Source: Octopus vulgaris (lineage: Eukaryota). From it: a stretch of DNA of 64,000 nucleotides. The position numbers and the translations under genes are program-made. Under the pieces are notes generated by a model. The model searched no databases, was not told where the DNA came from, and saw only the letters and a list, made by a program, of their open reading frames with translations. Shown here one piece after another: positions 40,683 through 53,745 of this stretch (position 1 is the first letter of the stretch; the number at the start of each line of letters is the position of its first letter). Where the stretch lies: assembly GCA_951406725.2 (NCBI GenBank), contig OX597829.1:15748001-15812000 (forward strand), written 5' to 3'.

Positions 40683-40893
40683 ACTCTTTCACTCTTTTAC
40701 TTGTTTCAGTCATTTGACTGAGGCCATGCTGGAGCACCGCCTTTTAGTCGAGCAAATCGACCCAGGACTTATTATTTGTAAGCCTAGTACTTGTTCTATC
40801 GGTCTCTTTTGCCGAACCGCTAGTTACGGGGACGTAAACACACTAGCATCGGTTGTCAAGCGATTTTGGAGGGGGACAAACACAGACACACAA

Positions 40894-40943
<50 letters not shown>

Positions 40944-41114
40944 ACATATATACGACGAGTTTCTTTCAGTTTTCGTCTACCAAATCCACTCACAAGGCTT
41001 TGTTCTGCCCGAGGCTATAGTAGAAGACACTTGCCAAGGTGTCACGCAGTGGGACTGAACCCGGAACCATGTGGTTGGTAAGCAAACTACTTACCACACA
41101 GCCTCTCCTACCCC
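40683..41114 (-). mobile_element. SINE family B, full length
   Basis: Family match. Confidence 0.95.
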
Positions 41115-41959
41115 TATGTATATATACATATATATGCATATAAATATATATATACAAATATATATACATATATATATACACATATATACATACAAAAATA
41201 TATGAATATATACATACATATATACATATATATACGGACATATACACATACATACATATATATATATGTATACATATAAATATTCATATAAATATATGCA
41301 TATAAATATATACATATGAATATAAGCATATAAATATATACATATATATATACATATGCATCTATATATATATATGTTTACATACATACATACATAAATA
41401 TACAAAGAATAAGGAGAGAATAGAGAGGTAATTAATAAAATATTATTTATTAATTATAAAATATGACATCTCTGACAGCTGTTTCGAATCAGTAATCTGT
41501 AGATAATTAATTTATAAAATTATAATCATTATAGGAAGAATCTCTTCGGAAGTAGTAACATTATACTGATTCGAAATACATTTCGAGATAACGGCTGCAA
41601 ACTGTTAACTGATAGCATATATCCAAAAATAACCGGTTATAGAAGGAATTAATCCAAAATAGAGGGAGGAGGTAGTGTACATTTTTATGTCTTAAAGTAA
41701 AAAAAGACGAGATTAATTTAATATCATAGGGGGTTGAGTAGGAGAAAACGAAAACGAGAAAAAGAAGATGTACGCATGTATACATAAATAATAATAACAT
41801 ATATCATCATACTTATTTATAATACTGTAATACAAAAATTTAAAGTTATAAAATTTTAATGAAGTACAAGTAAACCGTGGCAATTATATATATTAACCGA
41901 AGTTATCAGAAAGAGATAAATAATTTCTAAATATGATGATGATAATAATAATAATAATG

Positions 41960-42021
<62 letters not shown>

Positions 42022-42041
42022 TATAATAATAATAATAATAA

Positions 42042-42072
<31 letters not shown>

Positions 42073-42150
42073 AAGAAGAAGAAGAAGAAGAAGAAGAATG
42101 ATAACGATAATGATAATGATGATAATAATAATAATAATAATAATAATAAT

Positions 42151-42205
<55 letters not shown>

Positions 42206-42206
<1 letters not shown>

Positions 42207-42879
42207 GGCATGATAGAGCTGCACAATATATTCACTGGATAATTTGCAAAAGCCTGGACTTGCCCCATGATAAAAACTGATGGGAACACAAACAACCTCC
42301 AGTGTTTGAAAATGATCACATCTCACTCCTCTGGAACTTCACCATTCAAACTGACAGACAGATAGACCAGACATCATAGTAAAAGACTTCAGACAAAAAT
42401 CATGCCTCCTCATTGATATAACTGTCCCAATCGATATAAACGTATCTGTCAAGGCCTACCAAAAACTGAGCAAATATAAAGATATTTGAAATAGAAATCA
42501 GCAAAATGTGGAACACGAAGACTAAAACAATACCTGTTGTCATAGGTGCCCTGGGAATGATAGCGAAAGGGACTGATTGCTACATAACTCAGATACCAGG
42601 AAACCCCAAAATGGCAGAAATTCAAAAGATAGTGCTCATGGGAACTGCTCATATCCTACGCAAAATACTTTCTATGTAATCTCAAGTTTTAAAACAAACA
42701 TAATTTTCGTATGTTTTTTTTTAGACATTCACTAGTACAACACTAAGTACAAAACCAAATATATGGCACCCTAGGCATAACACCAACATGAAATTCCAGC
42801 TTGTTGTCTCTTGAGGTCTCTGGCTGAGACTTGGAGCCAGCTTCTGCAAATGTAAAGCAAAAGTCAAGCATAGAATGAT

Positions 42880-42880
<1 letters not shown>
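42206..42880 (+). mobile_element. 5'-truncated Dong/R4-like retrotransposon within an (AAT)n array
   Basis: 'RHDRAAQYIHWIICK...LLWNFTIQTDR..PDIIV...IPVVIGALG...IQKIVLMGTAHILRKILS*'. (AAT)n lies on both sides. Confidence 0.9.
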
Positions 42881-42938
<58 letters not shown>

Positions 42939-43414
42939 TAACTTATTACTTCAGTTTATAATAATAAAATAAAATTTAATCAGAATACATAATATATCCT
43001 TACTCCACTTAAGAATATTTATTTCAAACATTTATGGTAAAAAAAAGCAATAATAATAAACTATTGAATAGGAAAGAATTTTAAAATTTCAGACATATAG
43101 CGTTCCCTTCGAGAGAAACCGGAAGTAGATATGCTGAGTCATATATAAGGGGATAAAATATTTTTAAAGAAAATAAACATTATTGTGGCACATTGCAGTA
43201 TTAAATAAAATATAATATAAAATATAAAAAAACATAAAGTAAATAAATAAAAACATTCGAGGATTAATATAGAAGTTAAAGATAAATCAGAATTAAGAGA
43301 GAGATGTACCTACTTGTATGCAAAGAGTATACCCCTAAAATTCGGGGGAGGAAACAAATAGGTATAACCATAACTATGCAGTGCCTATATAATTAAACGT
43401 ATTATATAGTAGCC

Positions 43415-43645
43415 GGCGGCGAGCTGGCAGAATTGTTAGCACGCCAGGCGAAATGCTTAGCGGTACTTCGTCTGCTGTTACGTTCTGAGTTGAAATTCCG
43501 CCGAGGTCGACTTTGCCTTTCATCCTTTCGGGGTCGATTAAATAAGTACCAGTTAGGCACTGGGATCGATGTAATCGACTTAATCCATTTGCCTGTCCTT
43601 GTTTGTCCTTTCCATATTTAGCCTCACGTGGGGAATAAAGAAATA
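43415..43645 (+). mobile_element. SINE family A
   Basis: Family match. Confidence 0.95.
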
Positions 43646-43647
43646 AA

Positions 43648-43765
43648 TATTAATGATTTCATGATATTTATTGTTATTGTTAAAATGCTTATTTATAATT
43701 GAAAGGATAGATTTGACCAGATTATTCTTAATTTGGAACGCAAAAGACGGTATCAACCATATTAT
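43648..43765 (-). mobile_element. Penelope-like element ORF fragment (RT-endonuclease linker)
   Basis: 'IIWLIPSFAFQIKNNLVKSILSIINKHFNNNNKYHEIIN' resembles IIWFNPP....KTNIG..FL.LI.KHF......HKIFN. Confidence 0.65.
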
Positions 43766-43773
43766 CATTATTA

Positions 43774-43814
<41 letters not shown>

Positions 43815-44199
43815 ATTATTAGATTATTCAACATTTCCGAGAAGAGTGGGGCTATTGTAGTTTGTTTCATATTTATCAAATCTATTTCTTTTTCAGTTTA
43901 TTATTTTTATTTTTATTTTTATTTTTAACTTTACCGTTTTTCCCATATTCATTTATATTTTTGTCGCTAATGTTATTTTTAATATGATAGCTACTCTATT
44001 TGCTTTTGGAGATTCCTATACTATTGTCAGTATTATTTATATGCGATAAATATTTTAATTTCTCTTTATAACCTGCATTAGCCAAAGCTATGTTATATTG
44101 GTCTTTATATTATATATTACATATATCCTCATTAGATTAAAAGTAAGATATTCTTCAGGTGATATTTTTAATTAAAGTATTTTTTAGGCTGGGTGATTG

Positions 44200-44238
<39 letters not shown>

Positions 44239-44404
44239 CATATATATATATATCAGTGTATATATATATATATATGTATATACATACATATATATGAATG
44301 TATATATATATACACGAGTGCATATATCTATATATATAAATGTATGTTATATACATGTATATATGTATATATATATGCATATATATATGTGTGTGTGTAT
44401 ATAC

Positions 44405-44464
<60 letters not shown>

Positions 44465-44796
44465 CAAGTAATAAGAATATGAAAATAGTAGTTTAAAAAT
44501 ATCGTTATATGTATAAATATGCCATAAACAACTATAGAAAAATGGAGGAGAAAAAAAGATGTTGAATCAAAATTAGATTTATACAAAATAGGATTCAATA
44601 CATACGCGCGTTTCAAAGGACAATACAAATATATAAGAAAAAAGTATAATCATAATAATTATAATTAAATTTATGGATTGTCATTATCCGTGTGAGGAAT
44701 TTTTGGAAGGACATCGAAAAAGTTTTAGTAAAATCAAGTAAAATAAGAAATATTAAGGGAGAATACAAATGAAGTAATAGGAAAAATCAGATATTT

Positions 44797-45114
44797 ACAG
44801 AGGGGAATTTTAAAGCCAGGTCCAACAATTACACCTTGAGCTTCAGACACTGGTATAAAAGAAAAACATCCAAATTACCCAGTGATATATGGTTCTTAAA
44901 AGAAAAAGGTGTCAATTACAACAGCCATTGAAAGATCTTAGCCAACTGTAAGCCTGGCACCATCGGCAGTGGAAAATGTGGTCTTTGTGATATGGAAAGA
45001 TGGCTCATGTGGAAAAGCAACTTAGAACTCGCTACATGTCTAAATTCAAGAACTGAAGCTTTTGGATCAGGTCCACATATGGCTAAATATTTGTTACGTT
45101 TTTTGGTCCCCTAA
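44797..45114 (+). mobile_element. Penelope-like GIY-YIG endonuclease C-terminal fragment
   Basis: Single frame with one internal stop: 'TEGNFKARSNNYTLSFRH...KLPSDIWFLKEKG...KCGLCDMER...LNSRTE...PHMAKYLL'. Confidence 0.8.
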
Positions 45115-46609
45115 AGATCACAGATAGAACCTGCTTTTTGTATTGTGTCCACCTACAAGCATTTTATCTCTCTATTTTTTAAATATATTTTACATATTTT
45201 TATATTTTTTATTGCTTTATATATTTTCATATATTTTTTCTGTATTTTACCCTTCACCCTGCATTTTCTTGTGCATGTGCGTATATCGACGTGTATATGA
45301 ACATATTTGTGCGCGTATGGGTATATATACGTGTGTGGGGGGCGAGTGTGCGGGTATAAGCGTACATGTGTATGGTTGCATATATATGTGGATGTACATG
45401 CATATGTTTTACGCGAGTGTGAGTGAGCATATGCATATATAGCATGTGCGTATTTAGACGTGTATATGAATATAATTGTGCGCGTATGGGTATGTGTACA
45501 TGTGCGTATGTATGTACATGAGCGCATACGCGAATTCTATGAGTGTTTTTTACTTTTTTACTGTCCCCCCTTCGGATTTTGTCCCTTTATTTAACGGTCC
45601 TTATCTTTTATTTGTCTTAAAAACGGTCATTTACATAGTGAGTCCGGCTAGCAAATTTGATGGCTTCATCAGCAGTTATATTGCTCAAGTAGCCATTTTG
45701 ATTGAAATACTGTTAAGTTTGTAGATTGTCGAGCTTTCTGCAAAGTTAATAGAGATTGCTTTCTCAAAAACACAGAATGAACACAAACTATTTGACAATT
45801 TGCAAAGACAAAAATGTTGCATTTTATGCAAATTATCAAGGTATCATTATTCTCGTTATGGTTATGTTCGTGCGTTGTAGTGAGAAGAAAAAACCTTCCA
45901 TTCAATGACCGAATGTGTCATTTTTCTCCTTCCATGTTAAAAGCAATTTTGATTGCCTGTACATCTGAATGGTGGTTTTGGTTACTCGTTTAGTTGTCTC
46001 GGTTTGGTCAGAAGAGGAAACAACACATTTACTTTCATGGATAGTTAACATAGACTGAGTTAAATTCTGACCATGCTTAACCAAAGACCTCGTCAAGTGA
46101 GATATACAGTACGGTGATGAGATGTTGGAAACACTTGACTAGGTAACGAAATAAAGATTGAACGTGGAAGTAAATAAGAGATCACTTGGAATTGCTGTCT
46201 AGACTAGAGACAGGTAGACGGAAAAACTGTAATAGAGTTTCCAATGTAGTAAATTGATTAGCTATTGTATTACACAGAATCGGTTTGAACAGAATGGCTG
46301 GAGTATACAACTCCTCTATGAGATAATGAGCATAGAAAGGTATGACTTGTAGTAAAGGTCCTCATTTAATACTTTCCACTAAAGAATGAGAGAAAATTCA
46401 GCAGTTTGTTTTTTAACCTTAGATTAATTCTAGAGCAGATTATCATCAAATCCGTTTCTTTTGCGTCGATCTTATCTTTCTTTTTTTATTATTCTATGAA
46501 TGTATTATTTAACAAATCTTTCATTTTTTAAAACATCGAGGTGTAATTATAGATTTCGCTGCTATTTCGAGCAGACGGAACAAGCACGTATAGGCTTAAC
46601 TACGTAGAG

Positions 46610-47214
46610 CAGTAGTTCTCAACTGAGGTCCCAATGACCCTTAGGGATTCTCATAAGATTCTGTTAAAATTTATCTGCAATAATTTGTTTATACTTCTAC
46701 AATTCCTAGCAATATTTTCGGTTTGAACGGCAGTTTTTAACATAATTTCTAGGTAACTAAAAAATTTTAAACTTCGTATACTGGTAGAATGTGTTTATAA
46801 AACATCTTTTTCTCTTGGCTTTATTGAGAAATTTCTATAGTTTGCAAGATATTTGTTTGTTTTTTTTCAATTTCTGCAATTTCAACCAATCAGTGACGTC
46901 TATTGAGGTAAAAAAAACATTCTGTGCCGTATGAATATGTCTCTCGTTTAAGAAACAGATTGGGTTTATTTACATTTGTGACGAAAAAAGATACCCTCCC
47001 CCACCCCTAACCATAACCCTAAAACATTGAAATGCAATAGATCGATATTAGGGTCATAATTATGATTGACAATTTCATACCACACCGCTAGAAAAAACTG
47101 CCGTTCAAACCGAAAAGATCTTATAATAGGATTTCTTTTAACATATAGGGAACCAGTAGAATAATATAGGAATCAAAGTGGTCCATAGATTTAAAAAATG
47201 GTCGAGAATCACTG
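46610..47214. mobile_element. hAT-like MITE interrupted by a second MITE
   Basis: TIR-like ends CAGTAGTTCTCAAC...GTCGAGAATCACTG. TSD is not clear. Confidence 0.55.
46710..47121. mobile_element. ~410-bp MITE with 24+ bp TIRs and internal telomere-like repeats
   Basis: ttttcggtttgaacggcagttttt / aaaaactgccgttcaaaccgaaaa. Same family as 60801-61657, in the opposite orientation. Confidence 0.9.
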
Positions 47215-47758
47215 AGGTCAGGTTGTTAGTTAATTTAAACATATGCTGTTTGTCGAAGAATCCGAGCATTGAATATAATGTACACATTAGAAGTAAAATA
47301 AATCTAAATAGTATAGATAATTTATGCATTAGTTAATGTTCCGATATCTCACTGAAATGATCTTTAATTTCGTTACCTTAAAACGGATGGCATCTCTGCA
47401 ATTATATGTAGATGACTTGTGGTCGTTATTTCAGAGAATGTACCATAAAAAAAAAATCAATAAAATACCTTTCATCAGTGGCGTAACAGTACTAACAATA
47501 ATTTACGATCCATATCGAATAGCCAACACTTGTTTGATTAAATAGCAAATTGCAAGAAAAAAATATTTACCGACAATTTTCTAGTGAAGTTATTAATAGA
47601 AGACCATATTTTAAATTAAGGCGCATTTCTTTTTATCTCTAAAAGACACCAAGTTGCTGCCAACATTTAAGAGATTTAATAACATTTTAATTGTAATTGT
47701 GGTTTTCCTCCTCTTTATCATCGCCGCCATCGTCACATGCAGCATAATGTTCATGTGC

Positions 47759-47790
<32 letters not shown>

Positions 47791-48074
47791 TGCTTTTTTT
47801 TTTGTTTTTCGCTTTCTTTTTTTTTGCTACGATAAAAATATGGCTATGTGATTAAGAATCTGGTAGTTTCTGGTTCAGTCCTACTGTAGGGCACTTTATA
47901 CATGTGTTTTTCACTATAACCTCGGATTGCCTAATACCTTGTGAGTGAAATTGGAAGACGAAAACTGTGGAAGCCCATCGTATATATTTTCGTATATATT
48001 TTGATATATGTGGATGGCATCTGTGTATGCGTGATGTGTGTCATTGTGTTTGCATTTACCTCCCACCACCTCAT

Positions 48075-48440
48075 AGCCGTTATTGCTGTCCATCCCCTCC
48101 TCACCGTGGTGGGGACGCTGGCAACGGGTAGTGTCAGAGCTATGCCGTCGGGCACTTCGGTTCCTGGTAGGGCCACCCAAGGCGGATTGGTCTGACACCG
48201 AGTGGTATTAGGGCCACAACCCGGGTGAAAATCCTCGGAGTGTCTTCTTCGGCAACCGGCGGCTCCTCGGTCGGTCGTTCTGTCCCTGCGTCTGCAGACA
48301 ATCTGCGGCAAACAGGATGTCTTCACATGCGGGATTGTTGGGGACCGCTTGTGAAATCCACATATTCCCACGAACCTTCTTCCATAAGTGGAAGAAGCCA
48401 AATAAACCCGCCCAGGGTGAATGTCGCCACAATTACAAGT
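48075..48440. mobile_element. GC-rich RTE-like fragment nested in a decayed family B SINE
   Basis: Plus strand gagctatgcc...ggtagggccacccaaggc resembles RTE/Expander 5' UTRs (from memory). Minus strand 'PACEDILF...RPRSRRLPKKT' resembles an RTE C-terminus. Confidence 0.45.
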
Positions 48441-48477
48441 TAGTACATATAGTGGTTCGGCAAGAGAAACCAGTATA

Positions 48478-48882
48478 ACTCTTTACTTGCTTGTTTCAGT
48501 CATTTGACTGCGACCATGCTGGAGCACCACCTTTAGTCGAGCAAATCGACCCCCAGGACTTATTCTTTGCAAGCCTAGTACTTATTCAATCGGTCTTTTT
48601 TGCCGAACCACTAAGTTACGTGGACGTAAACACACCAGCATCGGTTCTCAACCGATGTTGGGAGGGGACAAACACAGACACACAAACACACACATATATA
48701 TATACATATACATATATACGACAGGCTTCTTTCAGTTTCCGTCTACCAAATCCACTCACAAGGCTTTGGTCAGCCCGAGGCTATAGTAGAAGACACTTGC
48801 CCAAGCTGCCACGCAGTGGGACTGAACCCAGAACCATGTGGTAGGTAAGCAAGCTACTTATCACACAGCCACTCCTGCGCCT
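48478..48882 (-). mobile_element. SINE family B, full length, nested in an older plus-strand copy (47830-48990)
   Basis: Family match. The host SINE stops at ggttcggcaagagaaacc and resumes after 48882. Confidence 0.9.
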
Positions 48883-49152
48883 ATATAAGTTCCAAACTTA
48901 GAATGTATTTACTGGGGTTTGTTTGCTCGGCTAAACCATTCAAGGTAGTGCACCAGTTCAATGACTGAAATAAGAAAAAGATAAAAGACTAAGATAATAT
49001 CAGTGACGAATTAGTAGAGTCGTAGAGCGTCTGATACAATTTTTATGTTATTCAGGCCATCAGCATTCTGAATTCAAATCCTGCGAGGTCGACTTCCACT
49101 TTTTTTTTCTCTTTCAGGATCCATAATTAAAATAGTAGTAAAATATTGAATA

Positions 49153-49518
49153 CTAGCATTATGACCCGGCAACGCCGGGTCATAGTGCTTGTGCATGCAT
49201 ATACAGCTGCGTGCGTGCGCCCATACACGCGAGTGCTGTCCAAATCTCCGACCAATCACATACAGCTAGCTGGTATTCAATTGGCGTATCAAGTTTTGGG
49301 CATTTTGATTGGGGTTTGGATAGTACATTCACAAAAAGTCACTTCTTTTGATTTTTAATGGCTTTGCGGGGTAACTGGGGAAATGTGAAGATGTGCACGA
49401 CCACCCTTGGACGGTTTTGAATGACCATAGAAAGTGCAAGACCTCTAACTGAAAAATTGTGGATTTGTATGAAGGACACACACACAGACAGACATTTTGC
49501 CGTTTACATATAGAGAGA
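49153..49518 (-). mobile_element. Non-autonomous Helitron
   Basis: Minus strand A|TC...hairpin GACCCGGC/GCCGGGTC...CTAG|T. Homologous to 51903 and 53746. Confidence 0.85.
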
Positions 49519-49694
49519 TTTGGACTCTCTCCCTCTGAATTGGCTACAGTTACGGAGTCATAAGGTTCTGTTCACATCATAGTTCCACCAGTCCCTCACC
49601 CTTATGGACTCAACTATGAATTTTCAAAAATAAAAATAACGGCGCTGTGACGAGAACAGAATTCATCGAATGACAGGTAACAATGTCTTGCAGT

Positions 49695-49895
49695 AAGGCA
49701 ACGGGTTTGCAAATGGTTAGCACACCGGGAAAATGCGCCGTCTTTAAATTCTCAGTTCAAATCCCACCGAGGTCGGCTTTGCTTTTCATCCTTTCGGGGT
49801 CGATAAAATAAGTACCAGTTACACACTGGGGTCGATGTAATCGACTATCTCCCTCACCTGAACTTTCTGGACTTGCGCCAACATTTGAAACCAAT
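49695..49895 (+). mobile_element. SINE related to family A with an alternative tail
   Basis: gttcaaatcccaccgaggtc...catcctttcggggtcgataaaataagtacc...tttgaaaccaat. Confidence 0.8.
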
Positions 49896-50239
49896 ATCAT
49901 GCAGTATTGGTTTTAGGCTCTTTAAACTCTGAGTTCAAGTCCCGTCCAACTCAAATTTGCCTTTCATCCTTCTCAGATTAATAAAATAAGATACTGGTGA
50001 TGCTCTAAATCAAAACATAATCAACTAAGCACTGTCCCTAAAAATTAGTAGATGTGAAAATTGGTAGAGCTACGAACAAATTATCTTGCAATCACAATCG
50101 TTGGTATAGTTTTTTTATTCCTGGTATTTATACTTAAAGGGTCAGTAGAGGACCAGATAATCTATTCAATTAAAGTCAGATCCACAAAAAAAATATATTA
50201 TGATCAACGTTGTCATCACAAACCGCCATAATCACCATT

Positions 50240-51115
50240 ATGATGATGATGATGATGATGATGATACGGAGGAGGAGGAGGAGGACGACGATAATGATGA
50301 TGATCATCATCATCGTTGCTGACGTCATCGTCGTCGTCGTCGTCGTCAGCAAAATACAGTAATAGCGCCATATTAGATATTCTAATCTGGAGGCATAATT
50401 CCACGTGATTAATAATAGCAGCCATAGGAGAAGTGGTATTAGTAGTACTAGTCGTGAAAGTAGTACTGAGTGGGGTGTAGCGGCGGCGGCGGTGGTGGTG
50501 GTGGTGGCGGTGGTGGTGGTGGTGGTGGTGGTGGTGGTGGTGGTGGTGGTGGTGGTGGTGGTGGTGGTGTGGTGGTGGTGGCGATGGTGGCGGTGGTGGT
50601 GGCGGTGGTGGTGGCGGTGGTGGTGGTGGTGGTGGTGGTGGTGGTGGTGGTGGTGGTGGTGGTGGTGGCGGTGGTGGTGGAGGTGGTGGTGGTGGTGGTG
50701 GTGTCGGTGGTGGTGGTTGTGGTGGCGGTGGTGGTGGTGGGTGGTGGTGGTGGTGGTGGTGGTGGTGGTGGTGGTGGTGGTGGTGGCGGTGGTGGTGGTG
50801 GTGGTGGTGGTGGCATGTTGTTGGTGATGGTGGTGGTGGTGTCGGTGTCTGTGGTGATGGTGTCGGTAGTGGTGGTGGTGGTGGTGTCGGTAGTGGTGGT
50901 AGTGGTGGTGGTGGTGGCGGCGGTGGTGGTGGTGGTGGTGGTTATGTCTTGTAGATATGATAAATGGTAATAACATCTAGATCAGTATTATTAATAGCAG
51001 CTGCTACAACGACGACAAGAAGAATGACGTGAACAACAACAACAACGATAGTAATAATAACAACAACATCAACAAAAACAACGACTACTAGACACAACAA
51101 CAACAACAACAACAT
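50240..51115. repeat. Compound trinucleotide microsatellites, including a long (GGT)n tract
   Basis: Seen directly. Source of the poly-P/G/H/W pseudo-ORFs. Confidence 0.95.
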
Positions 51116-51902
51116 TAGTTTTAGCAGCAAACGAAAGTGAAATATACAGTTGAGTGAATAAACAATTTAAAACCAGCCGTTCGAACAGTCGAATTTATTT
51201 ATATTATTGCTAGAAAGAAAACATTTTAATTGAATAAACCAATTAATGTTAAGTTTTTATTTAATTCTTTATTATATATATATGTGTGTGTGTGTGTGTT
51301 TATGTGTGTGTGTATTTGTGTAAACATATATATGTGTGTGTGTATTTGTGTAGATTTGCGCGTATGTATGTTTGTTCCGCATGTGTGAGTATATACTCGC
51401 TCGTACATATACACAGACACACACGTACGCACATACACACACATACACACACACATACATAGGTAGTAATTTCTTACATCGGTACAAAGCCAGAAATTTA
51501 ATTTGAAGAACCTGTAATTATTATTATTATTATGATTATTATTATTATTATTATTATTATTATTGTAATCTTTTGTTGCTGTTGTTTTTACCCCATGACA
51601 ACTCTAAAACGTGCAGACATGCTATCATATGTAAAAATGCTGTCTTTTTCTACATCATGGTCTATATTATGTAATAACGTATTTTATTATGATTTTACGG
51701 TGTGTGATTTAAGAGTACTGAGTTGTTGTTCCAAGCATTCCATGCAGCGCTTAGAAGCCTTAGTCATAAGATCGTTCCACCCTTTGTACTTTTATGTGGT
51801 ACTTGGAGTTAGATTTAGCAACTTTTTGTAAGAACCAATTATGTAGAGGCTACATCATTTGGTATAAACTGATGTCGTTGTATCTATGCATTTTATTGTT
51901 AA

Positions 51903-52247
51903 CTAGCACTATGACCCAGCGTTGCATGCATATACAGCTGCGTGCGTGCGCACATACACGCGAGTACTGTCCAAATCTCCGACCAATCACATACAGCTAG
52001 CTGGCATTCAATTGGCGTATCAAGTTTTGGGCATTTTGATTGGGATTTGGATAGAAAATTCACAAAGAAGTCACTTCTATTGATTTTTTTATGGTTTTGC
52101 GGGGTGACTGGGGAAATGTAAAGATGTGCACGACCACCATTGGACGGTTTTGAATGACCATAGCAAGTGCGAGCCCTCTAACTGAAAAATTGGATTTGTA
52201 TAAAGGAAACACACACACAGACATTTTGCCGTTTATATATATATAGA
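51903..52247 (-). mobile_element. Non-autonomous Helitron lacking one arm of the terminal hairpin
   Basis: Homologous to 49153 and 53746. Reads actagcactatgacccagcgttgc directly into atgcatatac. Confidence 0.85.
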
Positions 52248-53077
52248 TTTTTGATGTCGTTCATCCACAAATCAACCCTCAACAAGAATGCCACTCACAA
52301 TCAAAAGCTCTCCAACCGTGAGCATCTCATATTTTTGTATATCACGTATTATATCGACTCCTGCCGTGTGCCTTTTATTTAAAATGTTATGTTGTGATTT
52401 AAATGAGATCCAGTTGTTTTTCCTAATTAGCTCCGACTTACAGATCTGCAAAAGTCAATGCAGCTTAGTTGCATAAAATAAAAATGAACATTATTAACAT
52501 TTAACTTTATCGAGATCCAAAAGAAACAAAATACAAAGACTGCGCCTGTTACAATTCGGAATATAAACTGCAAAGTACATTTAGTTCTAACCAACTAACC
52601 ATCACTTTTTATACTGTCCAGTTAATTGTTTCTGTTTTGGCCAGAAGACAGAATAGTCGTAACCATTGACACCAGTGGTTTAGTTCATTGATGCCGAATG
52701 GATGGAAGACAGGATTGTTGACCCAGTGCTATTTCAACTCATTTTGCCAGAATAATGATTTTTAACATAGACGTAAGGCGTCAATAAATTGCTGGAAGAG
52801 CGTACGGGCTATTAAATCGAACCTAGTGCAAGCGCAGACCAATGTAAGGTCTGAATTATAAATAGAAACGGATTTCCCTCATAATTCTCTTGGCATCTTG
52901 ATGCACGGAAGATAAAAGTGAAAAATAAAATTATTGATAAAATTAAACTTAATTCTGCTTCACATGTGCTATGCTACAGCACATCAGCGAATACACTTCA
53001 CACGATTTGCATATATGTTCTACACTGGTGATTCAGTTCGTTTTGCGGTGAATCGAGTTAAGGGTACTGAGGAGCTA

Positions 53078-53445
53078 TCATCCTTTCGGGGTCGATAAAT
53101 TAAGTACCAGTTACGCACTGGGGTCGATGTAATCGACTTAATCCGTTTGTCTGTCCTTGTTTGTCCTATCTATGTTTAGCCCCTTGTGGGAGGTAAAGAA
53201 ATAGGTATTTAAAAGGCGACGAGCTGGCAGAAACGTTAGCACGCCGGGCGAAATGCTTAGCGGTATTTTGTCTGCCGCTACGTTCTGAGTTCAAATTCCG
53301 CCGAGGTCGACTTTGTCTTTCATCCTTTCGAGGTCGATAAATTAAGTACCAGTTACGCACTGGGGTCAATGTAATCGACTTAATCCGTTTGTCTGTCCTT
53401 GTTTGTCCTCTCTGTGTTTAGTCCCTTGTGGGTAGTAAAGAAATA
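53078..53445 (+). mobile_element. SINE family A dimer (5'-truncated + full) inside one TSD
   Basis: TSD ggtactgaggagcta at 53063-53077 and 53446-53460. Confidence 0.9.
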
Positions 53446-53745
53446 GGTACTGAGGAGCTATAACGATAGCGAAATATCGATATATATCATTCTCGATCAC
53501 TTTGGGAAAGTTGTCTTGCCTGTCTGGGATCTTCAGTGTTCTTCAAAATTCAGTGTTTTGTGGGAAGTTTTAGCTTTCTCAGGACGCTGTCCCACGGCAG
53601 ATTGGCGTATAAACAAAAGACATACGCTGTGTATGTGCAACCGATAATTTTTACAAAATTATTGATATACTTTACATGGAAAAATAAACAAAAATATATA
53701 AACGATGAAAGTTTAGAAAACAATAAAAATCTATTGTTCACCTTA

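Noticed and set aside
44917-44931. In-frame TGA in the PLE endonuclease as a possible selenocysteine codon
   Set aside because: It aligns to a usual Trp position (TGG>TGA decay), not Cys, and no SECIS was seen.
50176-50976. Poly-Pro/Gly/His/Trp ORFs
   Set aside because: (GGT)n array open in all frames.
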